A stretch of 64,000 nucleotides of DNA from Myxococcota bacterium (GCA_965140415.1 OZ223209.1:2816001-2880000); one strand, 5' to 3'; shown: positions 1-10,594, counted from the stretch's first letter. The notes: generated by a model not told the origin, from the sequence alone. Program-made: numbers and translations.

Positions 1-160
1 TTTTAATCAGCATAAGGGATTTGATATCGCGTGAAATCGTGGCTTGTGTGGTGTCGAAGCCTTGTTTCTTCAACGCATCCGCCAATTCGTTCTGGGTGCT
101 GACGCGCTTACTGGCGATCAATTCCAGAATGGCTTCTCGTCGTTTTCGAGTGTCAGACAT
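1..160 (-). CDS. argR: Arginine repressor, N-terminal part (runs off window edge)
   Basis: Not in the ORF track. Manual translation from ATG 160 gives [47 protein letters not shown], matching the ArgR winged-helix motif TQxEL...TQATISRD. Start overlaps the argE stop. Confidence 0.93.
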   Translation of the reverse strand, partial: MSDTRKRREAILELIASKRVSTQNELADALKKQGFDTTQATISRDIKSLMLIK

Positions 161-1238
161 GATTCGACTCCGTACCGCTGTGATTGTTCAGGAATTGAGA
201 GGCGATTTGCAGATACGTTTGTGTGCCTGCTTCAAGTTCTTCTATGCTGATTCGTTCATCCGGCTGGTGGGAATATTTCGGATTTCCCGGTCCAAGCTTG
301 ATGGCGGAAATTCTCGCTTTTTGTAAAAACGCCCAGTCGCTGGCAGCATCGGAGGCGAATACTTTCTTTTGCGGCAGAGTCCTACGAGCCGCCATCGCAA
401 TCGGATGATCCGATGCCGTTTCACATGGAATCCAGTGATCAGAGCAAACGCTTATGTTTCCACTGACCACTCCCTGCAACAGCATCAGGATTTCCTCGTT
501 GCTGTAGGAGGGGGTCGTTCGAATATCCAATAACGCTTTGGCGTTTGGCGGAGTGACATTATCCGCCACTCCTGCAAGAATTCGGGTCGGTGTAACCCGG
601 ATCGTTCCAAGAGTTGGATGACTACGCTCGAAGGGAACCTTTTTCAAATTGATGAGATCGCCTGCCAGTAGATGAATCGCGTTGGTTCCGTTTTCACGGG
701 CCGCGTGTCCCTGTTTGCCGGAATTTGTCAGTTCTACAACCAGCAAGCCGCGCTGTGAAATGGCGATATCCAGGTTGGTTGGCTCGCCGACGACCGCGCC
801 CTGAAAGCTGCCCAGCTTTTTCAACAATCGGGGGAGGGAGGGGTCGTTGCCTTCTTCTCCGATGGAAAGCGCGACGACCAACTCGCCGCATTCAAAACCT
901 TGTTGCTGCAAAGCAGTTGTTGCGGCAAGCATGGCGGCGCAACTGCCACGCGCATCCACTGCGCCGCGTCCGTAGAGCCAGTCGTTTTCTAGAATTCCCT
1001 GCTGAGCAGGATACTTCCAACCTTCTCCTGCCGGAACCGTATCCAGGTGGGAGTTGAACAGCAGCCGAACCCCGGACTTTTCCCCTTTAATGGCAACCCA
1101 TATTCCATCTTCACAACGCTGACAGGGCAGACCGGCATCCGTACAGATGTCGTAAGCGGTTTGCAAAATCGCTTCTTCATGACCGGTTTCCCCCGAAACC
1201 GCAAGCAAACGCTGCAATATGGACAGGGTGTCAGGCAA
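153..1238 (-). CDS. argE: M20 family metallopeptidase, acetylornithine deacetylase-like
   Basis: NSHLDTV, GRGAVD, GEE, GEPT and C-terminal H metal-binding motifs; arg operon context. Confidence 0.8.
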   Translation of the reverse strand: MPDTLSILQRLLAVSGETGHEEAILQTAYDICTDAGLPCQRCEDGIWVAIKGEKSGVRLLFNSHLDTVPAGEGWKYPAQQGILENDWLYGRGAVDARGSCAAMLAATTALQQQGFECGELVVALSIGEEGNDPSLPRLLKKLGSFQGAVVGEPTNLDIAISQRGLLVVELTNSGKQGHAARENGTNAIHLLAGDLINLKKVPFERSHPTLGTIRVTPTRILAGVADNVTPPNAKALLDIRTTPSYSNEEILMLLQGVVSGNISVCSDHWIPCETASDHPIAMAARRTLPQKKVFASDAASDWAFLQKARISAIKLGPGNPKYSHQPDERISIEELEAGTQTYLQIASQFLNNHSGTESNHV

Positions 1239-2151
1239 GTTCCGTCTCCTGATAAACCTGTTTTTCGCGTTCTTCGACGATCATGGTGCCGCAGCCTTCG
1301 CCGGTGAACAGTTCGACCAGCAGAGAATCGGGAGTAAAGCCACCGATGATGTGCGTTCGTTTGACGCCCGACTGCACGGCTTTAAGGCAGGCGTCCAGTT
1401 TCGGTCGCATACCGGCGGAAACCGCACCGCTTTGCAGCAACTCATCCAAGTCCTGCTTGTCGGCAAAAGGAATGAGCGAACCGGGATCGTCCAGATTGGC
1501 GAAAAGGCCGCCGCTCTGAGTGATGAAGATCAGTTTCTTGGCTTGCATGGAAACGGCAACGGCTTTTGCGATGCTGTCTGCGTTGATATTAAGCACCTGG
1601 CCCGCTCCGTCACTGGAAAGGCAGGACAGCACCGGCACGTAGTCTTGATCGAGCAGTTGCGACAAGGTTTCAGTGTCCACGGAAACGATGTCCCCCACAA
1701 AACCGAAATCAACCGTTTTTGTATCGCCCTCATCGGTTTCAATGGAGACTGGAGGTCTTTTGCTTGCCAGGATCATATCGCCGTCCACACCGCTCAAGCC
1801 CACTGCCTTGCATTGCTGCTTTTGCAGGGAGACCGTCAGATCCAGGTTGAGTTGTCCGGCGTAGACCATTTTAACGACATCTAAAGTCCGCGCATCGGTT
1901 ACACGTCGACCGGCGACCATGACCGGCTCGATGCCGAGCTTACGGCTGATTTCACTGGCTTGCGGTCCACCGCCATGAACGACGACCACACGAATGCCGA
2001 GATCATTCAAAAGGGCGATCTGCTCTGCAAGATTGGTGACAGCGTCTGCATCGTTCAGAATCGCGCCACCGATTTTAATAACGAACGTCTGTTTTTTGTA
2101 ATGGCGAATGTACGTTCGTGCTTCCTTAAGTGAAATAATCGAAGGATTCAT
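1231..2151 (-). CDS. argB: Acetylglutamate kinase
   Basis: VIKIGG, VVHGGGPQ, GRRVTD, NINAD and GMRPKL motifs. Start set to ATG 2151, which follows a GAGGAG RBS. Confidence 0.93.
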   Translation of the reverse strand: MNPSIISLKEARTYIRHYKKQTFVIKIGGAILNDADAVTNLAEQIALLNDLGIRVVVVHGGGPQASEISRKLGIEPVMVAGRRVTDARTLDVVKMVYAGQLNLDLTVSLQKQQCKAVGLSGVDGDMILASKRPPVSIETDEGDTKTVDFGFVGDIVSVDTETLSQLLDQDYVPVLSCLSSDGAGQVLNINADSIAKAVAVSMQAKKLIFITQSGGLFANLDDPGSLIPFADKQDLDELLQSGAVSAGMRPKLDACLKAVQSGVKRTHIIGGFTPDSLLVELFTGEGCGTMIVEEREKQVYQETELA

Positions 2152-2158
2152 GTTCTCC

Positions 2159-3316
2159 TCATTCAAAACAACGTTGTAAGGCTTCAACAAACAGCAAGGC
2201 GTCTTTTTGAGACAGCACCAGTGGTGGCATCATACGGAAGATTTCGGGACGATTGCTGCTGCCGACGATGATGCGGTGTTTTTGCAGCAGGTGTTGTCGT
2301 ATGGGGCTGCTGTCTTCAAAGAGTTCCACGCCCAACAACAACCCACGACCATGCACCGCTTTGACTTTCGAAAGCTTTTTCAAGGCCGTTTTCAGTCGAT
2401 CGCCAACCGAACGGGCCTGCTCAAGAACGTTTTCTTTCTGGAGGATATCCAATGTTGCCAGCGCCGCCGCGCAAGCCAGGGGACCGCCACCGAACGTCGA
2501 GCCCAGCATCCCGCTTTTGACATGTTGGGTGATCGCTTCATTGGCGATTGTCGCTCCAACCGGAAAACCACCGGCCAGGCCCTTGGCCATGGTCAGAATA
2601 TCGGGAGTGACTCCGTATGCTTCGGCTGCCGTATAAAAGCCCATGCGACCCGCACCACACTGCACTTCATCGAAAATAAGAACGGAACCGGTTTCATCGC
2701 AACGCTTGCGCAACGCCTGGAGAAATTCCGGACTTGCATCGATTGCACCGGCCAGACCTTGCACCGGTTCGATGATGACGGCGGCGCAGTCGTCCGTGAC
2801 AATCTCGTTCAAATCCTGCGTTTGATTCATTTCAATCAGGCGAACGTGCGGAAAGAGAGCTTCTCCATTACAGGATGCAAGCTTGCGGTATTTTTCGATG
2901 CCTGAAACGGCCAGCGTGAGCAAGCTGCGACCATGGAAGCCGCCATGAATTGAAACGATGGTCTTGCGTCCGGTTGACAAGCGCGCCAGGGTCAAGGCGT
3001 TTTCATTCGCTTCCGCACCGCTGTTACACAAAAATACGGAAGCAAGTCCCTTCGGCATCCATTCGAGCAATCGCTCGGAAAGCCTCTGGCGCAGCGGATG
3101 ATCGGAAATATTGGAGTAAAAGATTAAGCGCTCGGCCTGCGCCGCGATGGCTTGTACCAGACGCGGGTGACAATGACCGACGGAGGCGACGGCGTGTCCG
3201 CCGTACAAGTCGAGATATTCGTTGCCGTCTTCGTCGATGACGGTGCAGCCCGTACCGGCAACCAACTTCATCGGTAGTTGCGGATAAACGGGCATTTGTG
3301 GAGCGGGACTTAACAT
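2159..3316 (-). CDS. argD: Acetylornithine aminotransferase (class III PLP)
   Basis: NSGAEANE, FHGRS, FDEVQCG, AKGLAGG and STFGG motifs. Confidence 0.9.
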   Translation of the reverse strand: MLSPAPQMPVYPQLPMKLVAGTGCTVIDEDGNEYLDLYGGHAVASVGHCHPRLVQAIAAQAERLIFYSNISDHPLRQRLSERLLEWMPKGLASVFLCNSGAEANENALTLARLSTGRKTIVSIHGGFHGRSLLTLAVSGIEKYRKLASCNGEALFPHVRLIEMNQTQDLNEIVTDDCAAVIIEPVQGLAGAIDASPEFLQALRKRCDETGSVLIFDEVQCGAGRMGFYTAAEAYGVTPDILTMAKGLAGGFPVGATIANEAITQHVKSGMLGSTFGGGPLACAAALATLDILQKENVLEQARSVGDRLKTALKKLSKVKAVHGRGLLLGVELFEDSSPIRQHLLQKHRIIVGSSNRPEIFRMMPPLVLSQKDALLFVEALQRCFE

Positions 3317-4350
3317 GGGTAGGCTCCTGTATGATGCAGCCCGGCGGTTTCGGAAAGACCGAGCATCAGGTTCATGTTCTGAATCGCCTGTCCGGCAGCG
3401 CCTTTGACGAGATTATCCAGAACAAGCGCGATTTCCACTTCATCGTTTTTCTGTGCCACGTGAATATGAACGTGGTTTGTGCCTGCAATCTCGGCCAGTT
3501 TTGGCGGCTGATCCAGGACATGAACGAAAGGCGCATTCTCGTTATAAAAGCGATTATATAAATCAGGAAGATCTACAGAAGTGATCTGTTCATTCTGAAG
3601 ATATGCCGTTGCGGCGATGCCGCGCACGAAAGGTCCGGAATGTGACAGCAAACGACTTTGAACGGTATGCCCTGCAATCCGGGAAAGCGTTTCGTTGATT
3701 TCCGGTTCGTGCTGGTGCGACAGCGTTTTGTAGGCATAGAAATTACCATCACGGAAGGGGTGGTGTGTTCCGATCTTTGGATGAATGCCGGAGCCGGATG
3801 AACCCGTTACTGCAAAGACGCCAACAGGAAACGAGAGCAGTCCTGCATTTGCCAAAGGCAATAACAGCAATTCTGCGGCGGTTGCAAAACAGCCGGGATT
3901 GGCGATGCGGGTTGTGGTTTCAATTTGCGGTTTAAAGGCTTCCGGCAGTCCATAAACGAAGGATTCCGTTAGTTCGAAGCAGTGATGTTCGCCGTAATTG
4001 TCTGCATATTCCTTTTGTGAGGAAAGCCTGAAATCGGCAGCCAGATCAATGATTTTTAAAGAGTCGTATGAAGTTAACTCCTTCATCAGTTTGTTGCTTT
4101 GACCATGCGGCATTGCCAGGAAAAGGACTTTGCATTGCTCTGCCAGTTGTGCCGGGTCAAGGTCGCGGAAGCAATCTTTTGTGAGATGACGCAAACTCGG
4201 ATGCACGCTGCATAAAGATGCGTTCGCGTGACTTCGGGAAATTGCCAGAACGTTTTCAACCTGTGGATGCTGATATAAAAGCCGAAGCAATTCTCCGCCT
4301 GCCAGTCCCCCTGCACCGATCACGCCTGCTGTAATCGTTGTTTCAGTCAC
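3310..4350 (-). CDS. argC: N-acetyl-gamma-glutamyl-phosphate reductase
   Basis: N-terminal Rossmann motif, IDLAADFRL, IANPGCF (catalytic Cys) and DNLVKGAAGQA. Confidence 0.95.
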   Translation of the reverse strand: MTETTITAGVIGAGGLAGGELLRLLYQHPQVENVLAISRSHANASLCSVHPSLRHLTKDCFRDLDPAQLAEQCKVLFLAMPHGQSNKLMKELTSYDSLKIIDLAADFRLSSQKEYADNYGEHHCFELTESFVYGLPEAFKPQIETTTRIANPGCFATAAELLLLPLANAGLLSFPVGVFAVTGSSGSGIHPKIGTHHPFRDGNFYAYKTLSHQHEPEINETLSRIAGHTVQSRLLSHSGPFVRGIAATAYLQNEQITSVDLPDLYNRFYNENAPFVHVLDQPPKLAEIAGTNHVHIHVAQKNDEVEIALVLDNLVKGAAGQAIQNMNLMLGLSETAGLHHTGAYPC

Positions 4351-5411
4351 AGCAGGGCCGCCTTTCTGGAATAGGCGTCCAGCACGATCTTGGATAATCC
4401 TTCGATATCCGAACGCGCGTTGTGCGCGGGGATACCCAACGAAGACGTGATGAAGTCACGACCTACCGCGTTGTCCGTCACGGGGCCGGTGAAGACATCG
4501 ACAGCCAGACCGAAGCTATTGTTGAATAGTTGTACTGCGCCAAAAGCTGCGACAGGGTCGGGAGCGCAAAGAACAAAACAGGCAGCGACGCTCATCAGTT
4601 GCTCATCGGACAAGATCTCCCGAACGCCGTATTGACCCAGGATGCCGTCGCCCAATTCGGCAACGATCAGATCCGGTGTTTCGCGAGCAAGTCTATTGAT
4701 CAGACCGCGCGCAATCGGAAGAATCATGTTGCCATTGGTGGAAACGACACCGGCATCGGTGAAGTCCATCACGGGGTCGGCTCCGGCATCGCCCATTGAA
4801 AGGATGTCGCGCATGAGGCTGACGCCGGTCAGTTTGACGGCGGCAACGCGCAAGCCTCGATGTGACAGGCGGCGCACGATTTCAGTTGCAGCCAGGGTCT
4901 TTCCGCTGTTCATGCTCGTTCCCGCCACGTAAATGATTGGCGGTGTGTTATCCAGCGTTTCGGCTGGTTGGATGTCGTTGGCGCTGATTGTGGCTGGCAC
5001 ACCCACACGATCTCCGATTTTTGGGAAGGCGAGCACGCTGCCAAGCACCTCGACATTAAAAGGATTTCCCAAGTCGGGATTGATAGCGGTGCATTTACCG
5101 ATGACGCCACCAAGGTTCAGAATTTGCAGCGTATCCCCAACGTTGACGGAAGAGGGGACCTGTCCTGCATAGCCTTGCAGCGCTTGTCTGGCTCCCAATA
5201 CACCGGCGACGATGTCTCCCTTGCGTATCTTGATCATACGTCCGGCATAGTTTTCGATGGTGTCGTATTGAAATTTCTGTGTGATTACGCGCACCGCGAC
5301 GATTGCGCCTTCGATGGCGGGGATTTCGTCTCCGATTACGGCGTTGTAATCCAGTTTCGCATTCCGTGTTGAAGAAGCGATTCGGTCAAGTTGTATTCGT
5401 CTCACATCCAT
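4347..5411 (-). CDS. DUF1611/DgcN-like P-loop-fold protein, first gene of arg operon
   Basis: VAGTSMNSGKT P-loop-like motif, KLTGV, DFTDAG and ELGDGILG. Stop overlaps the argC GTG start. Family assignment is from memory of motifs. Confidence 0.55.
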   Translation of the reverse strand: MDVRRIQLDRIASSTRNAKLDYNAVIGDEIPAIEGAIVAVRVITQKFQYDTIENYAGRMIKIRKGDIVAGVLGARQALQGYAGQVPSSVNVGDTLQILNLGGVIGKCTAINPDLGNPFNVEVLGSVLAFPKIGDRVGVPATISANDIQPAETLDNTPPIIYVAGTSMNSGKTLAATEIVRRLSHRGLRVAAVKLTGVSLMRDILSMGDAGADPVMDFTDAGVVSTNGNMILPIARGLINRLARETPDLIVAELGDGILGQYGVREILSDEQLMSVAACFVLCAPDPVAAFGAVQLFNNSFGLAVDVFTGPVTDNAVGRDFITSSLGIPAHNARSDIEGLSKIVLDAYSRKAALL

Positions 5412-5419
5412 GGTTCACC

Positions 5420-5464
5420 TGCATAACAATGCAATAAACAACGTAGAAGGTGCATGAATATGCA
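5420..5464. promoter_or_regulatory. Two ArgR operator (ARG box)-like palindromes
   Basis: TGCATAACAATGCA (5420-5433) and TGCATGAATATGCA (5451-5464), both TGCAT-N4-ATGCA, directly upstream of the operon. A TTGACT -35-like hexamer lies on the minus strand at 5483-5478. Confidence 0.75.
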
Positions 5465-5577
5465 GATTGCGCATAAAAGTCAAGGAATATTTCGTTCTAT
5501 TTCAGACTTTTTCGTGAGTTTTCGTAACTCTTGATTGCATGAAACGGTTTTTATAGGGTGGAAATTGCAAAAGCTTC

Positions 5578-5606
5578 TTGTTGGAATGATTCTTCTTGTC
5601 TATAAT
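5578..5606 (+). promoter_or_regulatory. Putative sigma70 promoter of the DUF819 gene
   Basis: TTGTTG-17 nt-TATAAT. Confidence 0.45.
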
Positions 5607-5726
5607 CCGGCAGGTTTACAGGCAGTACCCTGTCATACGTTCAAAAGACTGCTCACACGCAAACTGCAAGCCGTTTGGAAATTCCACCTGCGTTGGTAGT
5701 TCGTACAACCTCAGGAAAGGTAAAGG

Positions 5727-6863
5727 ATGTCCAACACGCCACTTTGGGCCATGTCGCTGCAAATCCTACTGTTATTGTTGTTGCCTGCGCTTGTTTTAAA
5801 GGCTGCAAAGCATCTGAAAATCGTACAACTTCTTTCTCCTGTGCTTGTGTGTTACCTAAGTGGAATTGCGCTGGCCAACCAGGAGACGATCCCTCTTTCA
5901 TTTGATATTGCCATGATCGTAAGAAATGCGACGGTGGCACTGGCTATCCCGTTACTGCTCTATTCGGTGGATATAATCGGCTGGTTGCGCTTGTCGAGGG
6001 CAACGGTGATCTCTTTTGCATTGTGTGTCTTCTCGGTGATGCTGACCAGTGCCATCAGTCATTTCATGTACCACGATACCTTCGATAACAGTGCGAAAAT
6101 CGCCGGAATGATGGTCGGTGTGTACACGGGCGGGACGCCGAACATGAACGCCATCGGCACTGCGCTGGGAATCGAGCCGGAAATGTTCATCGTGCTGGAA
6201 AGCGTGGACATGATTATGGGAGCGATGTACCTGATGTTCCTGCTATCTTTCGGCCCACGTCTTTTTGCGTATATATTGCCTCCATTCAAAAACGCACAAG
6301 GTGTTGAAAATGAACTGAACGATCAACTTCCGGTAAGTGAAGTCCTTTTCAAGCATGTCATGATTTCATTAGGATTGACGATCGTCGTCGTTGCATTGGG
6401 TGGCGGGCTTGGAATGCTGCTGCCGAAAACCTTTCAAGAGGCGGGTGCCATTCTCCTGATCACGACCTTCGCGATTATTTGTTCGCTTAATCCGAAAGTT
6501 CGCAACCTGAAAGGTTCACATGAATCGGGCATGTACGTCCTACTGATTTTCTGTGTTGCGGTAGGAAGTTGTGCTAAATTCGAAACTCTGGTCAACACCT
6601 CTCCGGCTATTTTCGGTTTCATCGGTTTCGCCATGTTCGGTGCCGTGGTTCTGCATCTGCTGCTTTCCAAATTGTTCAAAATCGATAGAGACACCGTGAT
6701 TATCACCTCGGCTGCTGGTATTTTCGGTCCGGCGTTTATCGGTCCGATTGCACAAGCGCTTAATAACAGGGAAATCTTTTTCAGTGGTATCGCAACCGGA
6801 TTGGTTGGCTATGCGATTGGAAATTATTTGGGGCTTGCGCTTGCCTGGATGTTGGGTGGTTAG
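5727..6863 (+). CDS. DUF819 family integral membrane protein
   Basis: About 11 TM segments, GVYTGGTPNM motif and C-terminal GLVGYAIGNYLG. Confidence 0.75.
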   Translation: MSNTPLWAMSLQILLLLLLPALVLKAAKHLKIVQLLSPVLVCYLSGIALANQETIPLSFDIAMIVRNATVALAIPLLLYSVDIIGWLRLSRATVISFALCVFSVMLTSAISHFMYHDTFDNSAKIAGMMVGVYTGGTPNMNAIGTALGIEPEMFIVLESVDMIMGAMYLMFLLSFGPRLFAYILPPFKNAQGVENELNDQLPVSEVLFKHVMISLGLTIVVVALGGGLGMLLPKTFQEAGAILLITTFAIICSLNPKVRNLKGSHESGMYVLLIFCVAVGSCAKFETLVNTSPAIFGFIGFAMFGAVVLHLLLSKLFKIDRDTVIITSAAGIFGPAFIGPIAQALNNREIFFSGIATGLVGYAIGNYLGLALAWMLGG

Positions 6864-6894
6864 GGGATTTCCCACCAAAGACGAGTAGATTCAA

Positions 6895-8847
6895 TCAGTC
6901 GTGTTCGGCATTGCGCCCGATTGTTTTCAACACGATGGAAAACACAAACAAAGCAGCAGTGTAAGCAAACAATGGTTGCAACATGCTGGCTGGAAGATAT
7001 CCCAATAGGATGGCGCCGACTCCTACAACCAATGCATATGGCATCTGGGTGCGGACGTGGTCCAAGTGGTCGCAGGCGGCGGCGATGGAAGACATGATGG
7101 TGGTGTCCGATAGCGGGGAGCAGTGATCTCCGAAAATCGCTCCGTCCAGCACCGCGCCGATGCTGATGACCATCACCGGCATGCCGCCGACGTGAAAGGC
7201 CAGTGGTACGGCAGCGGGCAATAAGACCGCCATGGTTCCCCAGGAAGAACCGGTTGCAAACGAAATGAATGCTGCCAGAAGGAAGATCAGTACCGGTAAG
7301 ATCCAATTCGGTAGCGTATCCGCCAATAGGCTTACCATATACTGTCCTGTGCCGAGTTGGTTGTTGGCATCGCCGATAGCCCAGGCCAGAATCAGCACCG
7401 CGAATGCCAGTAACAGCACCCGCCAGGCACTCAGCCAGGCCCGAAGAAGTGTTGTAAATGGCGTTTTACCGGATGTCCAACCTAGTATAATCGCAAGAAA
7501 AGAACCGGCAAGAGAGGCCATCGCCAGAACCCAGCCCCCGTCTTGACTGGCAATAAGGTAATTGTCTTTGAGCGCAAATAATCTGGCGGTGTCGAATGTG
7601 CTCCAGGCAGCAGAATGAAGTCCATCCGGGCTGATAAGACCGGCTCCATTGAAGGCCATGCCTGATAACGTGATGAAAATAACAAGCAAAACCGGCAAGA
7701 TCGCGGTATGGGCGCGAGGTCGCCCTATGGCTTCAGGCGCTTGCGCTCCGGCTAACGGTGTGGAACCTTCTCGAAGTACTTCATTGTGTTTCCTCGCGCG
7801 GCGTTCGGCTTGCAGCATGGGACCGAAATCGCGACCCATACCGACCGATAAAAACAAAAAGATGAGTGCAAACAAGCAGTAAAAGCGATAGGGAAGGGTG
7901 GACAGGAACATGGCATAGGGTGAGCCATCCATGCCCAAGGTCTGCATGGCATCGCCGATCAAGCCGACTTCGTATCCGATCCAGGTGGAAATCAGCGCCA
8001 GCCCGGCGATGGGTGCGGCGGTGCTATCCACAAGATAGGCCAGTTTTTCCCTTGAGATCTGCGCCCGGTCGCTTAATGGGCGCATGGAACTGCCGACGAC
8101 CACGGTGTTGGAGTAATCATCAAAGAAAATCAGAACACCAAGCAGGGCAGTGGCCAGTTGGGTCGAGCGAGCATTTTTAGCGAATTTTCCCAATAGATCG
8201 GCCAGGCCGCGCATACCACCGGAAACCGTGCAGACATTGACCATGCCGATCAAGGCGAATGTAAACAGGAAAATGTAAAAGTGGAAGTCATCTACCATCA
8301 CATGATACAGAATCATCGCGCTTTGCGTGACAGCAGCCAGTGTTGGACCGGCAGCGCTGCCATCCCAGCCCAGCAGTAAACCTCCTATTACCACACCGAG
8401 AAACAAGCCTAAAAGCAACCTTCGTGTTGCAATGGCAATGGCAACCGCCAATAATGCAGGTAGCAGAGAATACCAGCCGATATGCAGGGCTTGCGCTGTT
8501 GCACTTGGAAGACCGTCGCCCTGGAGAGTTATCGATTGAATAAATCCTTTCTGACTGATTGACATGCTACAGGAGTCGATTTGCTTCTTTCCGTTGCCGA
8601 TTACCAAGGGACTTGGCAATCTTTGAGCGACAGAAAGCAGGGCCTCTCCCTGTACAACGAGATTACAGGTGAAGCTTGTGTCGTTTGAAATGGCTTCAAG
8701 TTGTTTTACGAGGTTTTGCTGTAGCCTGTTCGCTTCGAATTCGCTGATTCGATTCGAATTTACCGGAAGGCTGGAAAGCAGCAGCGCCAGAATGGAAATC
8801 AACAGAAACGCCAGTATCAATCGAATTCGGATCTTCATCGGTTTCAA
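6895..8847 (-). CDS. Na+/H+ antiporter NhaC family transporter with N-terminal extension
   Basis: IFFDDYSN, SREKLAYLVDSTAAP, SFATGSSWGT and GDHCSPLSDTTIMSS. Confidence 0.88.
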   Translation of the reverse strand: MKPMKIRIRLILAFLLISILALLLSSLPVNSNRISEFEANRLQQNLVKQLEAISNDTSFTCNLVVQGEALLSVAQRLPSPLVIGNGKKQIDSCSMSISQKGFIQSITLQGDGLPSATAQALHIGWYSLLPALLAVAIAIATRRLLLGLFLGVVIGGLLLGWDGSAAGPTLAAVTQSAMILYHVMVDDFHFYIFLFTFALIGMVNVCTVSGGMRGLADLLGKFAKNARSTQLATALLGVLIFFDDYSNTVVVGSSMRPLSDRAQISREKLAYLVDSTAAPIAGLALISTWIGYEVGLIGDAMQTLGMDGSPYAMFLSTLPYRFYCLFALIFLFLSVGMGRDFGPMLQAERRARKHNEVLREGSTPLAGAQAPEAIGRPRAHTAILPVLLVIFITLSGMAFNGAGLISPDGLHSAAWSTFDTARLFALKDNYLIASQDGGWVLAMASLAGSFLAIILGWTSGKTPFTTLLRAWLSAWRVLLLAFAVLILAWAIGDANNQLGTGQYMVSLLADTLPNWILPVLIFLLAAFISFATGSSWGTMAVLLPAAVPLAFHVGGMPVMVISIGAVLDGAIFGDHCSPLSDTTIMSSIAAACDHLDHVRTQMPYALVVGVGAILLGYLPASMLQPLFAYTAALFVFSIVLKTIGRNAEHD

Positions 8848-8914
8848 TCTATGAAGGGTTGTCGATGATTGGAGTGTACACCCCTATCCGTGCAGGATCA
8901 ACACTTCGATCGTT

Positions 8915-10594
8915 TTAACGATTCTGTAAACTCTGCTGGGCCGCGGTTTTACGCAAAGGAAGAAAGTCGGACAGTGCCTGCATCGCTTGCTGATGTTCCG
9001 CCAATGTCGAGGGGGCCATCGGATCGGATTGTACGGAGTCTTGTATCGCAGCATGAAGCTCATCGATACGCTGTTGAAGGTCAAGAGGCTCTATGGCGTC
9101 TATAAAGGCTTGCAACTGCACATCGTAGCGAGCGCGACATTCGGTATTGGCTGCACATTTCGAAACGATCACACTGCTTCCGCTTGGAAAGTCCGGCGAT
9201 TGGGTAAAGGCACGGTCGGTTCCCCAGGGGAGCATCGAAAAACGGCTGCTGGCATCGCTGTGCAGGTAGTAGTTGTTGTGTGCCTGGGCATAGCCGTCGA
9301 AATGCCCGATATAATTTTCGACCACCCACATGCGGATGATTTCGTCCAGATCGGCAAGGCCGGAGACCGAACCATACCAGGTGTCATCCGAACTATTATG
9401 AATGGCTTGCACCAACTGTTTCAGATCGCCAATATCATCCTTGTCGCCTTCATCGATTTCGAAATCTTCTTCCTGACCGACATACAAATCGATACTGCCT
9501 TCGTACAAATGCTGCGAACTTGAAAAGGCATCGGACAAGAAGAGATCGTCGTAGCGTTCTACAACCGAGTACAGGCCGTAGTCTTCTCCATTGACACGCA
9601 CCCAGGCGTAACCAGTGCGAGGGGCAGGCACATTGAACAGGCGGAAGAGTTCGTATGCCAGGGTTTCATGGAGCATCGTGGGGTCGTCTACCATACTGTT
9701 CAAGGTCAAGTTCCTTAACCCGAGCAGGCGATTGCTTTCGATGATCTCATCTATTCCCAACTTGAAGGAGGCTTTTTGTCCCAATGGGCGATAGGACAGG
9801 CCACCTTTCAGGCGGATACCGATCGTGGTTTCATCTACATTCTGTTCCAGGTCACTAACGGAAATGGAGCCTTCTACGTAGTCATTCGGGTTTTGTGAAA
9901 GCGCCTGAATGGAGGCTTCACTAAGTGTCAACTCGATTGTGAAGACGTTCAACGGATCGAAAAGGAGACCGGAGTCTTCGGTGGTGGGAACATTCGTTTT
10001 GCCTTGCGTCGGCAGCGTTTGCCGCCAGGGGCCTTCCATATCGGGGAGTCTCCCCCAGGTGATGTCGTCTGGTAGATCCGGCAGGCTGGTTTGATCCTGT
10101 TCGTCCCGGTCGGGGGTTAACAGGTAGAGTTCATCGGAACCGCATTTGATACCAAAGGTGAAACCGGCTTCGCCGCCGTCTTCCGCCTTGATAACGAAGT
10201 GATCGCGAGGAGAAATGCGGGTTCCCTGTGGAAATGCGTAATCGTGGCTTTTATCGGACGGTTTGTCGGTAAGAATCCAGCCGGACAAATCCAGGCTTTT
10301 CGTTTTGGAAGGATTCGCGATTTCCACCCAGTCACGCCCCTGGCAGTCGATTTCGTTTAGAACAGGATTTGCCGTATCGCCATCAACAGGGGAATCCTGA
10401 TCATTTTCAGACGCTTCCATGTCGCCATCGATTGTATCCCCATCGGTACAATTGGGGCAGTCGCCATCTTGATCGGTCGGTGCATTGTCCGTACTGCCAC
10501 AGGCGAACATCGTTAGCGAAATCAGGCAACATGCCAATAACAGCCATGAAGCCGAATGGGGGAAAAAACTCACGCGATAAACAGGAGAATACAT
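8915..10594 (-). CDS. Lipoprotein: DGD linker + lamin-tail domain + CotH kinase domain
   Basis: Lipobox MFAC; LNEI..DWVEI..DLSGW (LTD); PAPRTGYAWVRVNGEDYGLY and DGY..NNYYL..LPWGTD (CotH). Confidence 0.8.
   Translation of the reverse strand: MYSPVYRVSFFPHSASWLLLACCLISLTMFACGSTDNAPTDQDGDCPNCTDGDTIDGDMEASENDQDSPVDGDTANPVLNEIDCQGRDWVEIANPSKTKSLDLSGWILTDKPSDKSHDYAFPQGTRISPRDHFVIKAEDGGEAGFTFGIKCGSDELYLLTPDRDEQDQTSLPDLPDDITWGRLPDMEGPWRQTLPTQGKTNVPTTEDSGLLFDPLNVFTIELTLSEASIQALSQNPNDYVEGSISVSDLEQNVDETTIGIRLKGGLSYRPLGQKASFKLGIDEIIESNRLLGLRNLTLNSMVDDPTMLHETLAYELFRLFNVPAPRTGYAWVRVNGEDYGLYSVVERYDDLFLSDAFSSSQHLYEGSIDLYVGQEEDFEIDEGDKDDIGDLKQLVQAIHNSSDDTWYGSVSGLADLDEIIRMWVVENYIGHFDGYAQAHNNYYLHSDASSRFSMLPWGTDRAFTQSPDFPSGSSVIVSKCAANTECRARYDVQLQAFIDAIEPLDLQQRIDELHAAIQDSVQSDPMAPSTLAEHQQAMQALSDFLPLRKTAAQQSLQNR

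Noticed and set aside
153-4350. LysW-dependent lysine pathway (lysYJZK) reading of the cluster
   Set aside because: No lysW or lysX is in the window, and argR plus ARG boxes point to arginine.
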